64,000 nucleotides of DNA, from contig NC_043003.1 of assembly GCF_006345805.1 (NCBI RefSeq), positions 67,270,001-67,334,000 on the forward strand, written 5' to 3'. A program made the translations under genes and the position numbers. A model generated the notes under the pieces. That model had not been told where the DNA came from, ran no database searches, and worked only from the letters and a program-made list of their open reading frames with translations. Shown here in pieces: positions 39,386 through 53,986 of this stretch. Source of the DNA: Octopus sinensis (Eukaryota). Every line of letters starts with the position of its first letter. Position 1 is the first letter of the stretch.

Positions 39386-40047
39386 TCTATTGCATTTGTT
39401 ACGTTCGTCCGATAGCCGAAAGACTCTTACTGTTGATTACTTATTTGTATTTGAATATGTACATTCGTTATCCTAAACTCCGAAGATTAATGCTTTTAGC
39501 TTAAGTCTCTGGACCAGCCGGTTTCGAGTAGTATCGAAGTGAAGTGAGGTGAAACTAATTGAACATTCCAGACTTCGACTGAAGAGGCAATTGGCTGCGA
39601 ATGATCCGTGTTTTTTGTTTTGTTGATACGTAAAATTCATCCGTTTTCTAAGAGTGCAGCATAAATTCATTAATTTAGAAGTTGGCGCAAATTCAAAAGC
39701 TTAGATGTGGTTAGACTGAAGCGTTTGAACTTGGGAGAATCCTGTAGAAAATCGATAATAGAAACATGATCTCAAAAAAAAAAAAACTTCAAAAAAGATT
39801 TCTAGAGGTACTAGAAAATGCATTTGCAATTTAGAGCATTTTATATCTCAGAATACTATAAAAATGGCTGTGATACGAAAAGAAGTATTAAAAGATACAA
39901 TATTTATAGAATAGTTGAAATATGAAAATGCTTCGATTGGCGACAAAACCCCCAGCACGTTATAATTCTGGATTTTGCTGTGAATCACGGAGATAAGGGT
40001 CAATATAAAGATCCTCAAAACAAAAAATAAAAACAACCTCGTGGTTG

Positions 40048-40702
40048 TTAATAATTGTGTGGAAAACGAATATGAAAAAAGAGATACGCTTTGACGACCC
40101 CGGGGTTGGGGATGGCGACTTTCGGAAAATTCACAAGATCTGATTTTTCCGTCATAAATTGGGGTAAAATGGATATATATATTTTAATTTTTTTATATAG
40201 AATCTTACGTTTTCGGTTATGGAGGATCGGATTCTGAAAAAAAAATTTTGAAAATCGCATTTTGAAAATCTCATTGTGTTATCGAATTTTTGTGAGATTT
40301 GGCTGTTATTTCTAGCATGCGAATAGCCTGCTTGAATGCCTGGGGGTATATATTTTACAATGAGGGTATACATTTTACAAACAATTTTTTTCAGAATTGT
40401 AATCTTCGTATTTTTCTACGTATTTCACAAAAAAAAAAAAAAAAATCCGGAAAAGTGAAAAATTAAGTGGGAATGGATTGAACTTTTGAAAATGCGATTT
40501 TTGAAAATTTTGTTTTCAGAATCGGATCCTCCATAGCCAAAAACGTGGGATTCCGTAGAAAAAAAGTCTATATATATATCCATTTTACCAGAAGTCATGG
40601 CGAAAAAATCGGATCTTGTGAATTTTCCAAAAGTCCCCTCCTCACCCCCAGGGTCGTCAGCGCGCTTTTTTTTTCCATATTCGTTTTTCACACGCTTATT
40701 AA
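40048..40702. mobile_element. Foldback MITE with about 220-bp diverged terminal inverted repeats
   Basis: TTAATAATTGTGTGGAAAACGAATATG...GGAGGATCGGATTCTGAAAA...GAAAATCGCATTTT (40048-40270) mirrored by 40480-40702, ending CATATTCGTTTTTCACACGCTTATTAA. Confidence 0.8.
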
Positions 40703-41279
40703 TACTCACCAGGTTTTATTTTTTTCTTGGGTAAAGATCTTTATATTGACGAATTCTTCACATAAATCTAAGTTACTGAAAAAAAAATTTAATTTCACCA
40801 AAACCACATGCTCACGTGCCAAATATTCTAACTGCATAGACATGTACTTGCACACTTATGACAATTGAAAATATAAAAGTGTTAATGTAACAAAATCAAA
40901 ATTTATGAAACTTATTTCAGCTATTACGTAGCTAATTTTATATGACGCAAAACCTTCAGGCAAAACCATATAAATAATTTAAAGTATAAGAATATAAATA
41001 TTTAAAGAGCACCAGCACTGTTAATGGTTTAATAGTGTCACTACAGACAAAATAAATTTAACACTATATAATGATTCATAGATAGTTATTTTGTCACTAT
41101 TTGTGTTGTTAAAATTTAAAGTAGAGATAAGAAAAATTCAGGTTTATATAATGTGCCGAGTCACATTTATAAATAAGAAATATAAAGAGAAAATATATGT
41201 GGAGTTATAGGAAGGTGTTTGATATTTCCCACTGATATAGTGATGCAAATGCGTACAGACAAACGGAAACACGCACATG

Positions 41280-42332
<1,053 letters not shown>

Positions 42333-42590
42333 ATTTGACACTGAATTATTGGAAGTCCACCTGAAGATTGTCGATCAGACAAGAAACGATTGTAGTGGCG
42401 GTTTTTTTGACTATTATTAAAATTTTATGTATTGATTAAGTCTTTCCTTGTTTGTTTTGCAAAATAGTGGTTTTGTCTCGAATAATATTTATAATATTTT
42501 ACTATAAAATCGATTTAATCCTAAATCTGATTTTTCCCTGTAAATTTGGATTTATTCCCTAATATTTATTATTATATATATATTATATAT
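42333..42590 (+). mobile_element. PLE pseudo-LTR fragment (family G), longer copy
   Basis: Matches the reverse complement of 41765-41905, extends 18 nt further 5' and about 100 nt further 3', and ends in (AT)n. Confidence 0.7.
42357..42398 (+). ncRNA. Intact type I hammerhead ribozyme (family G)
   Basis: CCAC-CTGAAGA-TTGTC-gatca-GACAA-GAAAC-gatt-GTA-GTGG. Confidence 0.88.
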
Positions 42591-42609
42591 ATATATATTA
42601 TATATATGA

Positions 42610-43111
42610 CTTAGATGTGTTTCGACCAAAGATTGGTCCAGGTTATGTCTAACTTATAGCACCACCAGATAAGATTATCTTAACCCTTCTTAGTCACGTT
42701 TTGCGGTATCATGGTCCATTCGAGTAGGGAGTTCTTGTTGAGTGAGTTGTATCCAGCTTTAGGTGGCTTATTTGGTACTCCTTGAAGAAATTTTTCCAGA
42801 ATCCGATGGAAGATGATGGGATTCTTTTCCTCTTTGATCTGTTTTGGGACAATGTTAAATAGGACAGGGCGTGTTGAGGAAGAAGATTGTGTTGCAGTGT
42901 ATATATATGCTGTGATCCTGAAGGGGACGTATGGCCCGTGGTACTAGCTCTGGATGAATTTCGAAGCTAATCTTGATGTCATTTGGGCAATGCTGGCGGT
43001 ATATTCTCCACATCCTGCAAATGATGTATCGCTCGCGCCGTCGCTTTAGAGAGTAGAGTTTGAATGCTTTAAAGCGGTCCCAGTAATCGAGCTCAGTCAT
43101 TTCCTTAATTC
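42610..43111 (-). mobile_element. CR1/L2-group LINE 3' end, copy 1
   Basis: RIKEMTELDYWDRFKAFKLYSLKRRRERYIICRMWRI...N..PKQIK....F..ILDKFLQGVPNKP...GY...NSLLEW, then a short 3' UTR with a stem-loop ending GGTCGAAAC. Confidence 0.85.
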
Positions 43112-43796
43112 GTTTACAGTTTAGGATGGAAGAAGTTGCTTCCATTCCCTTTTATGCACCCATAATTAGGATTGAGGCCATGTACTCTGTATTTAGGAAG
43201 TATTTGGGGTGAAGGTGAGGGCAGTTTTTTTTCCGTCGTACCATATGGATAGGTGCCCTTAACAAGTCTACGGCATAAGGTAGGATGGAAAAATGCCCAA
43301 CGTCACTTGTTGTTTGTGCCGCTGGAGACAAATCTACAGTTACCTTGAAAATGTTAACGACATGGTTTTTGACGTGGGCATAGTAGGTTTCTTTTTATAT
43401 TAACAGGCTCATTGGTCAGTAGTCCCATTTTCGTAGCAGTAACAGACTGTTATTGTTGCTGCTGAAGCAGCAATGAAATTTGGGCTGGGTGGAATCAGGT
43501 CAGATATTGATACCAAACAATTGTTGCTGGCTAACGGATGGTTGAAGTGACCCCTGACCTGTTGGTATTAGATCAGTTGGTGCACTATACCCATTGACAA
43601 GTATGGCTTCTAGTGTTGCCATGTGCGTGTATAAAGTATGAAAGGATTTTGTGATTTCTTTTATTTTGATTTCGATCTGTTTTACAGATCTGTAAAAGGA
43701 TTGTGATGCTAATGTTTCTGCAATATAAATGTAATATATATGTAAGTATGCATATATATATATATGTATATATATATATTGTGTATGTATATATGC

Positions 43797-43828
<32 letters not shown>

Positions 43829-43835
43829 TATATGA

Positions 43836-44305
43836 CTTAGATGTGTTTCGACCAAAGATTGGTCCAGGTTATGTCTAACTTAATAGCACCACCAGATAAG
43901 ATTATCTTAACCCTTTCTTAGTCACGTTTTGCGGTATCATGGTCCATTCGAGTAGGGAGTTCTTGTTGAGTACTCCCTGAAGAAATTTGTCCAGAATCCG
44001 ATGGAAGATGATGGGATTCTTTTCCTCTTTGATCTGTTTTGGGACAATGTTAATAGGACAGGGCGTGTTGAGGAAGAAGATTGTGTTGCAGTGTATATAT
44101 ATGCTGTGATCCTGAAGGGGACGTATGGCCCGTGGTACTAGCTCTGGATGAATTTCGAAGCTAATCTTGATGTCATTTGGGCAATGCTGGCGGTATATTC
44201 TCCACATCCTGCAAATGATGTATCGCTCGCGCCGTCGCTTTAGAGAGTAGAGTTTGAATGCTTTAAAGCGGTCCCAGTAATCGAGCTCAGTCATTTCCTT
44301 AATTC
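43836..44305 (-). mobile_element. CR1/L2-group LINE 3' end, copy 2
   Basis: Same translation with an in-frame 11-aa deletion (ORF track 43902-44339). Confidence 0.85.
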
Positions 44306-44985
44306 GTTTACAGTTTAGGATGGAAGAAGTTGCTTCCATTCCCTTTTATGCACCCATAATTAGGATTGAGGCCATGTACTCTGTATTTAGGAAGTATTTG
44401 GGGTGAAGGTGAGGGCAGTTTTTTTTCCGTCGTACCATATGGATAGGTGCCCTTAACAAGTCTACGGCATAAGGTAGGATGGAAAAATGCCCAACGTCAC
44501 TTGTTGTTTGTGCCGCTGGAGACAAATCTACAGTTACCTTGAAAATGTTAACGACATGGTTTTTGACGTGGGCATAGTAGGTTTCTTTTTATATTAACAG
44601 GCTCATTGGTCAGTAGTCCCATTTTCGTAGCAGTAACAGACTGTTATTGTTGCTGCTGAAGCAGCAATGAAATTTGGGCTGGGTGGAATCAGGTCAGATA
44701 TTGATACCAAACAATTGTTGCTGGCTAACGGATGGTTGAAGTGACCCCTGACCTGTTGGTATTAGATCAGTTGGTGCACTATACCCATTGACAAGTATGG
44801 CTTCTAGTGTTGCCATGTGCGTGTATAAAGTATGAAAGGATTTTATGATTTCTTTTATTTTGATTTCGATCTGTTTTACAGATCTGTAAAAGGATTGTGA
44901 TGCTAATGTTTCTGCAATATAAATGTAATATATATGTAAGTATGCATATATATATATGTATATATATATATTGTGTATGTATATA

Positions 44986-45036
<51 letters not shown>

Positions 45037-45106
45037 GTGTATGTATATATGCATATATATATATATTATATATATATATTATTATTATTACTATTATTAT
45101 TATTAC

Positions 45107-45149
<43 letters not shown>

Positions 45150-45679
45150 TATACACGATTGTTGTTTATACACCTGCATCGTCTTTTGTTTTTTGTAAAT
45201 TCCAACTAAATATATGTTTGTGCGTGTATACACATATATGAAAGTGTGTACATTTTTGTGTGTTTGTGCGCATGTGAGCTGGGATGTATACGTCCCAGTA
45301 AATTAGGGTCCCTAACTGTGAAATCGATAGTAACAAGACCAAGCTTTTAAAAAGGTTCTTGGGTCGATAACTACAACTTAAATTCTTGGCTGTTACCCAG
45401 CATCGCTGCAGACTAATAACTGGAACGAGTAAAAGATGTATATATTTATATACATAGAGTTGTAAATATGAATGTATTAGACTTTACTATGTCAAAAATT
45501 CATAAATTATACCACTGATGAACTTAAGAAATACTATATCATTAGCTGTTGTTGTAGTTACACTGCTAAGTCGTTAACCGCCGAGGTTGTAGAGGCGAAA
45601 TGTGAGCTCAAGTGAACTATGGACATACATATATATATATACATGTATGTATGCATATATATGTATGCATATATATATA

Positions 45680-45764
<85 letters not shown>

Positions 45765-45769
45765 ATGCA

Positions 45770-46010
45770 TATAATCGACTTAATCCGTCTGTCCTTGTTT
45801 GTCTCCTCTGTGTTTAGCCCCTTATGAGTAGCAAAGAAATAGGTATTTCGTCAGTCTTTATGTTCTGAGTTCAAATTCCGACTTTGCATTTCATCCTTTC
45901 GTGGTCGATAAGTTAAGTACTAGTTGCGTACTAGTGTCGATCTAATTACTAGGGTCAACTGGCCCCCTCCCCCAAAATCTCGGGCCTTGTGCCTAGTGTA
46001 GAAAAGGAAT
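45770..46010 (+). mobile_element. SINE family A dimer, 5'-truncated
   Basis: Unit-1 tail AAAGAAATAGG joined to TATTTCGTC of unit 2, which ends CTCGGGCCTTGTGCCTAGTGTAGAAAAG. Confidence 0.8.
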
Positions 46011-46790
46011 ATGATTTTGTGGGACGAGTAATAATGAATTGCGAACAGAGGATAGCTGAAAAATGTGTAACTGGTATTGAATATATTTCAAATGTAAAAT
46101 TTTGAGAATTATTTTACAGTCTAATGTTAACTACATTGAATAATCTGGTGAATAAGTCTCTTAGTTTTAATTGTAAACTACGATCGCAAATTTAAAATTC
46201 AAATACCACAATCAATACTACAACTGTATTTAACAGATTCTTATTCGATTTCTTTATATAAAAATCTTTATTCTCAGATTGAGATATATACTTCAGAATT
46301 TTGCAAAGCTTTCATAAATATTTAAATTTCACTGGTCGATATCAACTTAATAGCACTTGGATTAGTGCAATTGTCTGCGTGTTTAATGCTTTCTAAGCAT
46401 TCTCCCCGAAGACTTTTGATCATGCATTAGCCTACATTATCACGATGCTTACCGATATTTAGATATGTCGAGCGGTTTGTGAATATTTCCGTGTATATAT
46501 TTCTGATATATAGAATGGAGAAGTATATTTCAAAAGTTTAGTGGTTACTGCTGTACACACAAACACACACACACACACACCACACACACACACACACACA
46601 CAAATATATATATCTATCCGTGGGATGGGGTGTGTTTGTGTTTATAGGAAATTTAGAAAGAATATTTTGGTAGTCAGAATATTTTTTCTTAAAATTTTTC
46701 CTGGCTGAACCTATATTCAGTGCCTTGTTTCCGCTCTTTAAGATTTCAAACGCACGTGTTATTATGTAAGCGGTAAAGAAATAATTCACT

Positions 46791-46858
<68 letters not shown>

Positions 46859-47049
46859 ATATATATGTATATAGATGTTGCATTGAGTCTAAAGTTCAAT
46901 AATATATGCTTTATTCTTCAAGTTATAACAAAAGCATCCTAGCATTCATAGTGGAGGCCACCACTCTGCGAGTTTTTTCATCCCACGCTGATTCCAGTTA
47001 CTGTCCTTCGAGGCGAAAACTCCTTCACTGACGAATAAAGCAAATATCT

Positions 47050-47540
47050 TACAAAATTTTGAAAACGTTTGCCGCAACACAATTCGCATTTGATATATGA
47101 TAATCTTATTGTATATAGCGAAAATGGAAATAATTTAAATTCCTCATTTACACAACTACCCAGATGCTCTCTACATGGTACATCCCCAACGGAGAGGTCT
47201 TTCATTTGTCATTCATGCACTCTGACAATGGGAATTACATCGACCAACAGGAACTTATATTTTGTATCATTGCAATGTTGTTATGTGATGCAGTAATAAA
47301 ACTTTTGTGTTGGCACTTCATATAAAATCACTAATCTTTGGTTCCTTCCCATTCCTTCCCATATATCCAAACAATTTGCACTGTGTCTAAAATATATTCG
47401 AATCGTGTCATGAAATTTGGATTTTACGCCTGTCGGCTGAAAATCTGCAGTCGCTAAGAATTGGAAGGAAATGGATACGACATCAATTTAGGATCTTGCT
47501 TTACGTGACCAAATCGCGTTTGGCGCAAATTTTCCTTTCG
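47050..47540 (-). mobile_element. PIF/Harbinger transposase relic
   Basis: VVSISFQFLATADFQ (~L..TLRFLATGDS), CNDTKYKFLLVDV (~DA.YKF.YVDVG) and LSVGDV...LGSCVNEEFKLFP (~SDGGVF...L...L.LP), in the expected order. Confidence 0.55.
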
Positions 47541-49284
47541 TCATTCTGGCGTTTACAAACAAAACCACCTTTCTAGGATGATGGTCTAGCGTAAAGGATA
47601 GTGTGTCGGACAAGCAGATATCCCGTTTACTATGAAGCTGAGGAATCGTTTTCTCTATGCAAATGCAGTATGTAACATATTTTCGAGAAGCTACGGAATA
47701 GGATCGTCTATAAAGTTTTCCCTTTTTTTTTTAACTACAGTACATTAGTTTGCTCATACTTTACTATTTGGGAAAATTTGGAAAAAAAATACTATTCCAA
47801 AATCTTGCCCGAAGAAAATGTTTTTTTTTTTTTTACCAGTGTCATTTTCACTTATTGTATTATGCTAATAGAAATAAAATTAAGAATACAGAAGAACTTT
47901 GGAGAAAATGTGGTGAGACATATATGAACAAATATCTAAGAAATAATAAATATTTTTCTCAAGAGACTTTCTCGTGAAACGTAAAGACAAATAATTTGAA
48001 TACAAGGAATTGTATTTTATTTTGTGGAATTCTTACAAAATTGCAATATATTTAGAAATACATAAATTTAGCTATGCACTCCAGTGACTCAACAACTGAT
48101 TCATCATACAATTGGTATGAAGCCACAGTAATGATTTTCGTTTAATAAATATCCAATTCAAAATATGTAAACCAATATGGAAAATAGATACAATGCTATA
48201 GCTAAAAATCGAGTTATAAACATATATAACTTGCGTTAGACGTCATAAATGATTATCGTTAATTGAATATATTGAATCTTTATTACAAAATTTAGGTATC
48301 CTTTGATTTATATTTAAAAGGTAAGATTTACTCCACAGTAACACTCAGACTTCTGCATTCTGATCAGATTTTACGAATACAATATTTTCCTATGTATATA
48401 CATACATACGTACATATATGTGTGTGTATATATATATGTGTGTGTATGTGTGTGTGCGGGTGTGAGTGTGTGTGAGTGTGCATGCGTGCCTTTCTGCGTG
48501 CGTGTGTGCGTGCGTGTGTGCGTGTGTGTATGTGTGTGTGTGTGTATGTGTTTGTGTGTGTGTGTGTACATACATACATCCATACATGTGTTGACTGTGG
48601 CAGTTAGTCTGAAACACACAAATATGTAGTAATCTATTCTATAGACTTGATGTTAAAGGAAATAGCTATCTGTGTCCCATTGTCATGTGCGCGCGTGTGT
48701 GTGTGTGTGAGCGTGTGTGCGTGTGTTTAGCACTTCCTGTCAGGCACGCGAACGATGCAGCAGTTGATTATTAAGTATTCGTAAAATAAAAGGAACTGTA
48801 ATCATATATCTTGGTGAATCACTTAGACGTCTGTTACTCCCATTTTAAGGGAAACAAACCAACGACCTTATCAAAACCGTCCACTTCCGAAGAAAGTTGA
48901 CCTTCGCTTATCCCAAAGCAAAGGACGAATTTTATTCTCAGATGTAGCTTCAAGGAGCTACAACACCAGATTTCTTAAAAGAATTTCCCCTCATACTGAT
49001 CCCGTTCTTCGCAGGAAATAAAACTATTCCACCACAGGTAAATCAACTGAAATGAAGAACCTTGTTCTTCGAAGGAATTTTGAAAAGCTCATAATCTAGA
49101 AATTCGAATTTTCAGGTTTCTCCAAAGAATTTGATATTAACTTAATGGGCATATTCTATATTCTGTTAAATGTTAATGTCCATGTATGAGGGTGAAAAGT
49201 ATCACGATGCTTACATGAAAGCCATCAAGCTCTGTGCAAGGCAAAGATGGTTGAACTAAAAGAATGCCAGTAATAGTAGCACCG

Positions 49285-49530
49285 CTTCATGACAACACAG
49301 TGGATCCTATTCTGTTTGAGATAGCGATGGACTTGTCTCTCAGGCAAAGGATGGCTCCATGCAATAGAAGCGATCAATAAAACAACCTCTTCCTCTATTA
49401 CCTAAATTTTACAGATGATATTGGCTCCACAGCTCATCAGCCGTGTGATGTGTAACATTTGTTATCTTCTCTTGGAAATGTTGCAGTCTGTCAGCGCAGA
49501 GCAATTGTGAGAGAAAACTCGGCTAAATAT
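49285..49530 (+). mobile_element. Decayed RTE-type reverse transcriptase core
   Basis: LHDNTVDPILFEIAMDLSLR (~LQGDTLAP.LF.I..DY.LR) and YLNFTDDIG (~DL.FADDI). Confidence 0.5.
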
Positions 49531-50671
49531 AGAAAAAAGAAATATGGAGGAAATTCACGACGAATACATAAGTACACACAATATATTATGGCATAAGTTT
49601 CATGGCTTTGATGACCGAAAGATTATGACGAATATAAATAGGAATTATAATCCGATCTCATAGCATATTCTAGGACATTTTAAGTATTCAGATAATTATT
49701 TATCACTGCAGCGCACGGTTCTCGTGTGAATATTGTAAACTAAGAGAAACGAAGGTGTGCGAATTTGTAGACACAGTGCATTAACCTTTAACACAATGGA
49801 AACGGATATCTATGCATCAGATAAACTTAACTTACGGAAGAATTAAAGGAGAGGTTAACGGAGGATTGCGAATTTGCGGAGTTCAACCCCTTCCAAGTCT
49901 CATCACAGCATATTTCTTCTAGGAAGAGAGAAAGTCGCAACGAGAAGGGAAAAATGTAGGAGAAAAATTAGTCTCTGTATATCACAGAACTGAGGCATTC
50001 GATATCGATACCGAAATGTTGAAATGCTAAATTCACAATAACAAGATGGGAACAAGGCACAAAGTTACGATATATTTACAGTAGAACATTATTTCCGCCT
50101 TACACACCTACATGAACACACACACACACACATACATACACACACACATATGCACAGACAGTCAGTCAATCACTCACTCACACGCGCACGCACTCACGCA
50201 CACAGGCATATATATTTACACATACACCATATACGCATTACATGTGTATGCGTATACTTAGATGGATAAGTTTTTGTTTGTGCATTGCAATCAGTTTTCT
50301 ATTGTCGACGTACGCATTAATCGCTTAGAATACATATTTGAAAGCAACATAACAAAATCCGTAAACAATTATAATTATATTATAAAAGTGAATATTCTGT
50401 CGTGTGATTCTGAATTAATCAAATATTTTGATAAACATGATTTGAAATAATTTATGGAGATTATAGGATTTTCAGAGTTTTTAGTATTTTTATTCAATAA
50501 GAACATTAATGCAAACACAAAACCTCTTAATCGAAATTCTGTGTGTTGTTTCATGTCATAAAATAATATTTTTCGTTAACAAATATTCATTATGTTTATT
50601 TTTCGAAACGTAGGGAATTGAGAAAATATAATTTTATTATAACAAATAGATTTAAGCATATTTCCTAAGTA

Positions 50672-50760
50672 CAGTACTCCCTCGACTGCCACAGGGGTTA
50701 CGTTCCAAACCCACACGTGATAGGTGAAAATCTGTGAAGTACAAACAGTACTGTACTGTA
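50672..50760 (+). mobile_element. pogo/Tigger-like terminal sequence (one end only)
   Basis: TA followed by CAGTACTCCCTCGAC...GGGGTTACGTTCCAA...GTGAAAATCTGTGAA, resembling Tigger TIR starts. No partner end found. Confidence 0.4.
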
Positions 50761-51669
50761 TATTTTTCTATTATTTTTATAATTTGCATATATTTATTTT
50801 ATCATTAATTCAAAAAACAACATGGAAAAATCGTCGTACGCTTAAATAATAAACCGCTATATGTGAACCAATATATATATAGGGATTACTGTACACTTAT
50901 ACAATAAAATTATGTAACTCATAGCTTTTCACAAAATTTAACTCTCTCCTATTTGTCCTCGTTCTATTTTTGTTATGATTTTTCTGAAAGTATTTGCATG
51001 GTCTGATGAAAATTCTGATGAAGTACATCGTACAAAGACCCACAGACGTTTCACTGCTTCTCTGCTCAGATGCATCGTTTCTCTCTTGAGCTTCCTGTTA
51101 CTCATAATCTCATTTATTACACCTGCTTCTTTCCTGGAAATGCAGCTCTCTCGGGCCCACAACTTTTGTAGTATTTTTCTCTAACCTATGATATTCAGTC
51201 ATTTAAATTTTCTGTCGATCGATAACTTTTGAATTTTATGCTCCTTCTATCTCGTCTTTAATTCTAAAGTGGTCTGAAGTCTTTGTGTGGGATATTATGG
51301 TATAAAATAACGTAAAAATATAATTCCATCTCACAGTATTGGAAAGTTAACTGCGTCAATGAAAAATGTATTTGTATAATCATTTTGGTAATTTCGATTA
51401 TCTTACAAAGTATTGTACCCAATACATACAAAGCAATCCTGGTGGCTATTAGCTTACCATTCCATGTGAACATTTGAAATCTACCCTGTAGGCTCAAATG
51501 TACGTTTAGTTCATAGTACTTCTGCTGCATGTATCACATGTCTCACCTCCGTAAATCGTTTGCTCTTTATTTTACAAACGGTAATTTACACAAAATGGAT
51601 TACCTTAATTGCACTTTTGTTTTCACATCTACAGTATACATTACGTCTGTGCAGTTGACGCAAACCAAT

Positions 51670-51925
51670 TTCTTAGTTTCACATTCTGCCGCTACGTACT
51701 GAGTTCAAATTCCGCCGAGGTCGACGTTGCTTTTCTTCCTTTCGAGGTCGATTAAATAAGAACCAGTTACGCACCGGAGTCGATATAATCGACTTAATCT
51801 GTTTGTCTGTCCTCGTTTGTCCTCTCTGTGTGTAGCCCCTTTCTGGGTAGTAAAGAAATAAGTACTTTGTCTGCCGTTACACTCTGAGTTCGAATTCCAC
51901 TGAATTCAAATTCCGCCGAGGTCGA
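51670..51925 (+). mobile_element. SINE family A dimer, partial
   Basis: Unit-1 tail AAAGAAATAAG joined to TACTTTGTCTGCC of a truncated unit 2. Confidence 0.8.
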
Positions 51926-52764
51926 GGGAGAAACCACATGAACTGCCTAAAACATTGTGTGAATTTATATAAAACAGAATAGGATACTTCTCTACTGACA
52001 GAGAAACCCCTAGAATTGGTTTGTAATTAAACTTCCTCAAAACATATACAAATCCACGCTGCAAAGTGATATCGTTTAACGCACGAAGATCCTAAACCGA
52101 TCGTAAAAAATGTTTTCGTCTGATTAGGAAAACTTCAGTCAGCTATAGTTCTTCAACTACTAGCACTGAGCCAAGCATGCACTGTGTTTTTACTTCCTCC
52201 TTTCTTATATAATTGTCTTAACTCTTCTGAGATAGCAACCTTAGAGTATCTTTATTTGTCAATGTAGTAATGGTGAAAAGACATATTCCTGTTTGCATAA
52301 TCTATGTGAATTTAAAGCCAAAAATTCAAAATATCACCAAATCGCAAGAACGTTGGTTGGAGTGAGCAGATGCAAAAGCCACGGTTATATAGTGTCTTAT
52401 GTCTGTTCTACCCAGATCACACACATGATAATCAGCAACAATCTACCCAGCACCAAATATTTCCCTTAATCGTTCTGCAGACGAAAGACTTATAAGTTTT
52501 GTTACACACTTAGGTTCTACCTTTGATCAAGACACACATCAATCGTACCAATTTCACAATGAAGCCTTTAGAGTGTATTAGTTATAGCTCTTAGCATCGT
52601 ATATCCTATGGAAAATAGTGCGTCTGAAATAGGATGTAATATAATTACTGTCAAGCTCAAATTGGACACATTATTCATTCGGTTGCTTTGAGTTTCGGAT
52701 TTTTATGTTACACATATACGATCGACGTTTATCGATGTTATTGTATTACAAAGATATTAGAGAC

Positions 52765-52819
<55 letters not shown>

Positions 52820-52930
52820 TGAATATATACATATATATATATATGTATACATATATATTAATAGGTATGTATATATATGTATATATATTAAGAGAAAGTC
52901 TTTTTGCCAACGCAGAGTGGCAGTCCTACG

Positions 52931-53035
52931 TAGGACGATGCTACTACGTTTTAGCCCCGGGAAAACATCTTTTCCTGGTGGTTACTGACATATGATCATG
53001 TTTTCCTGGGGTTAAAAAGTAGTAACATCGTCCTA
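52931..53035. mobile_element. 105-bp hairpin MITE
   Basis: TAGGACGATGCTACTACGTTTTAGCCCCGGGAAAACAT / ATGTTTTCCTGGGGTTAAAAAGTAGTAACATCGTCCTA, about 38-bp arms with TA termini. Related TTATTTAGCCCCAGG words occur at about 25370 and 25710. Confidence 0.7.
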
Positions 53036-53986
53036 ATTAGGTCTACCACTTTGCATTGGAAATATATATATATGTGTATATATAAATGTATGTATTATGT
53101 ATGTATGTATGTATGTATGTATGTAGGTAGGTAGTAAGAGGTAGTATGTATGTATGTAGGTAGGTAGGTAGGTCGGTAGGTAGGTAGGTATTGTTGTATC
53201 TGAGGAGTGTCATGATTATTTCACGTTCAATGTGTTCGATTCCTATTCACTTATTATTTATATTTTTTCAGCCAAAATTTTAGCCTTATGTACAACCTTG
53301 CCATTTGATGTCCGCTATTCCTTATAATGGAGAGATTAAATATCCATTTACAAGGTTGCAGGAGCAACGACTATAATGGAAAGGAAAAATATAAATAATA
53401 AATGAGTGGAAATTGAAGTGGAGAGTGAGTTAGTTATTAAGGCAGTATTACTCTCCCAGACGCAAGGAAATGTCTTTCATCACACGAATTCACATAAAGC
53501 ATCTTGCAATCAAGGCACAAAAACCATGTGAATGTGTGTGTGTGTGTGTTTATAGTAAAAAAAAAACGAAGAACAAACACAAAATGCAATAACTTTGGAC
53601 GTGCTACATGTAAAGTATTAGCAGACGCTGAAGGAAGGAAAAAAGGTGGTTTTATGTTTGAAGTAAAGGTAAACATATAACCATGTTATGTATGTTTATT
53701 GTAATTCTGTTGTGGCCGTGTCTTTAAATTATAATAAAAACTCAGAACAAAAGAAGCTTCCACATCGATGTTACACCTGAGAGTTGACAGCTAAATTATG
53801 ACTCAAGTCACATCCCAACAGATTTAAACGATGGACGATTTCGTCAAATGATATCCTCTAAGACATGAGCCTACTAAAAGTAGCAGATTGACCAGAGTTA
53901 GGATACCTTTTGGTCTTATATCTGTTCGATTAGGTCTGCCCTAATGTTAAACAAGAATATAAACAACAATTGCAACAAGAGATGTG

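Larger units (their letters stand above)
42608..45010. repeat. Tandem duplication, unit about 1.2 kb (starts 42608 and 43834, offset 1226)
   Basis: Near-identical units bounded by (AT)n. Copy 2 lacks 33 bp (GAGTTGTATCC...TTTGGT) and differs by a few SNPs and single-base indels. Confidence 0.93.

Noticed and set aside
42615-42650. GACCA-ATCTT-TGGTC-GAAAC hairpin at the LINE 3' end as half an HHR
   Set aside because: No upstream CUGANGA; more likely the LINE 3' recognition stem-loop.
51003-51040. CTGATGA-A-GTAC-ATC-GTAC-AAAG near-HHR
   Set aside because: GAAA replaced by AAAG and no stem I/III pairing.
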